From Callorhinchus milii (Eukaryota), in contig NW_024704743.1 of NCBI RefSeq assembly GCF_018977255.1, positions 65,908,001-65,972,000 on the forward strand: a DNA stretch of 64,000 bases. Direction: 5' to 3'. Both the position numbers and the translations under genes were made by a program. Below, in pieces: positions 63,863 to 64,000 of the stretch. Under the pieces are notes generated by a model. It saw nothing but the letters and a program-made list of their open reading frames with translations, had not been told where the DNA came from and searched no databases. The stretch's first letter is position 1; every line of letters starts with the position of its first letter.

Positions 63863-64000
63863 TCCTTATATGATAGAATACCTTTGCCTATACTAATCAT
63901 GGGATCAGGTAGCCACATTCCCAACTTGAGGCTGTATCTACTTTTGTAGGAAAGCATAGAAGAATAATTTGTCATTCACTTCATGGCTGTGCATGGGACA

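Overview
This is repeat-dense vertebrate intergenic or intronic DNA with no host protein-coding gene that I can identify confidently. The repeat content (L2 and CR1 LINEs, tRNA-derived Deu-domain SINEs, a palindromic Penelope-type relic) suggests a cartilaginous fish; this is an inference. Almost all ORFs in the track are retroelement fragments or SINE translation artefacts. Main features: (1) a near-complete but frameshifted L2 ORF2 (59566-62787) and many 5'-truncated L2 copies; (2) a fragmented CR1 (5805-9490) and smaller CR1 pieces; (3) a decayed Gypsy gag-pol (32665-35100); (4) Harbinger-like and hAT-like transposase relics; (5) three age-graded SINE families. The youngest SINE carries a 3' stem-loop matching the resident L2, with a compensatory base-pair change. 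Other notable observations are a TSD-flanked fold-back element with decayed hammerhead-like cores, an unclassified repeat family with about 11 copies sharing one end, a composite insertion splitting a SINE head, local inverted duplications, and weak minus-strand exon candidates. All family assignments come from motif recognition by eye, and boundaries are approximate unless a junction is quoted.
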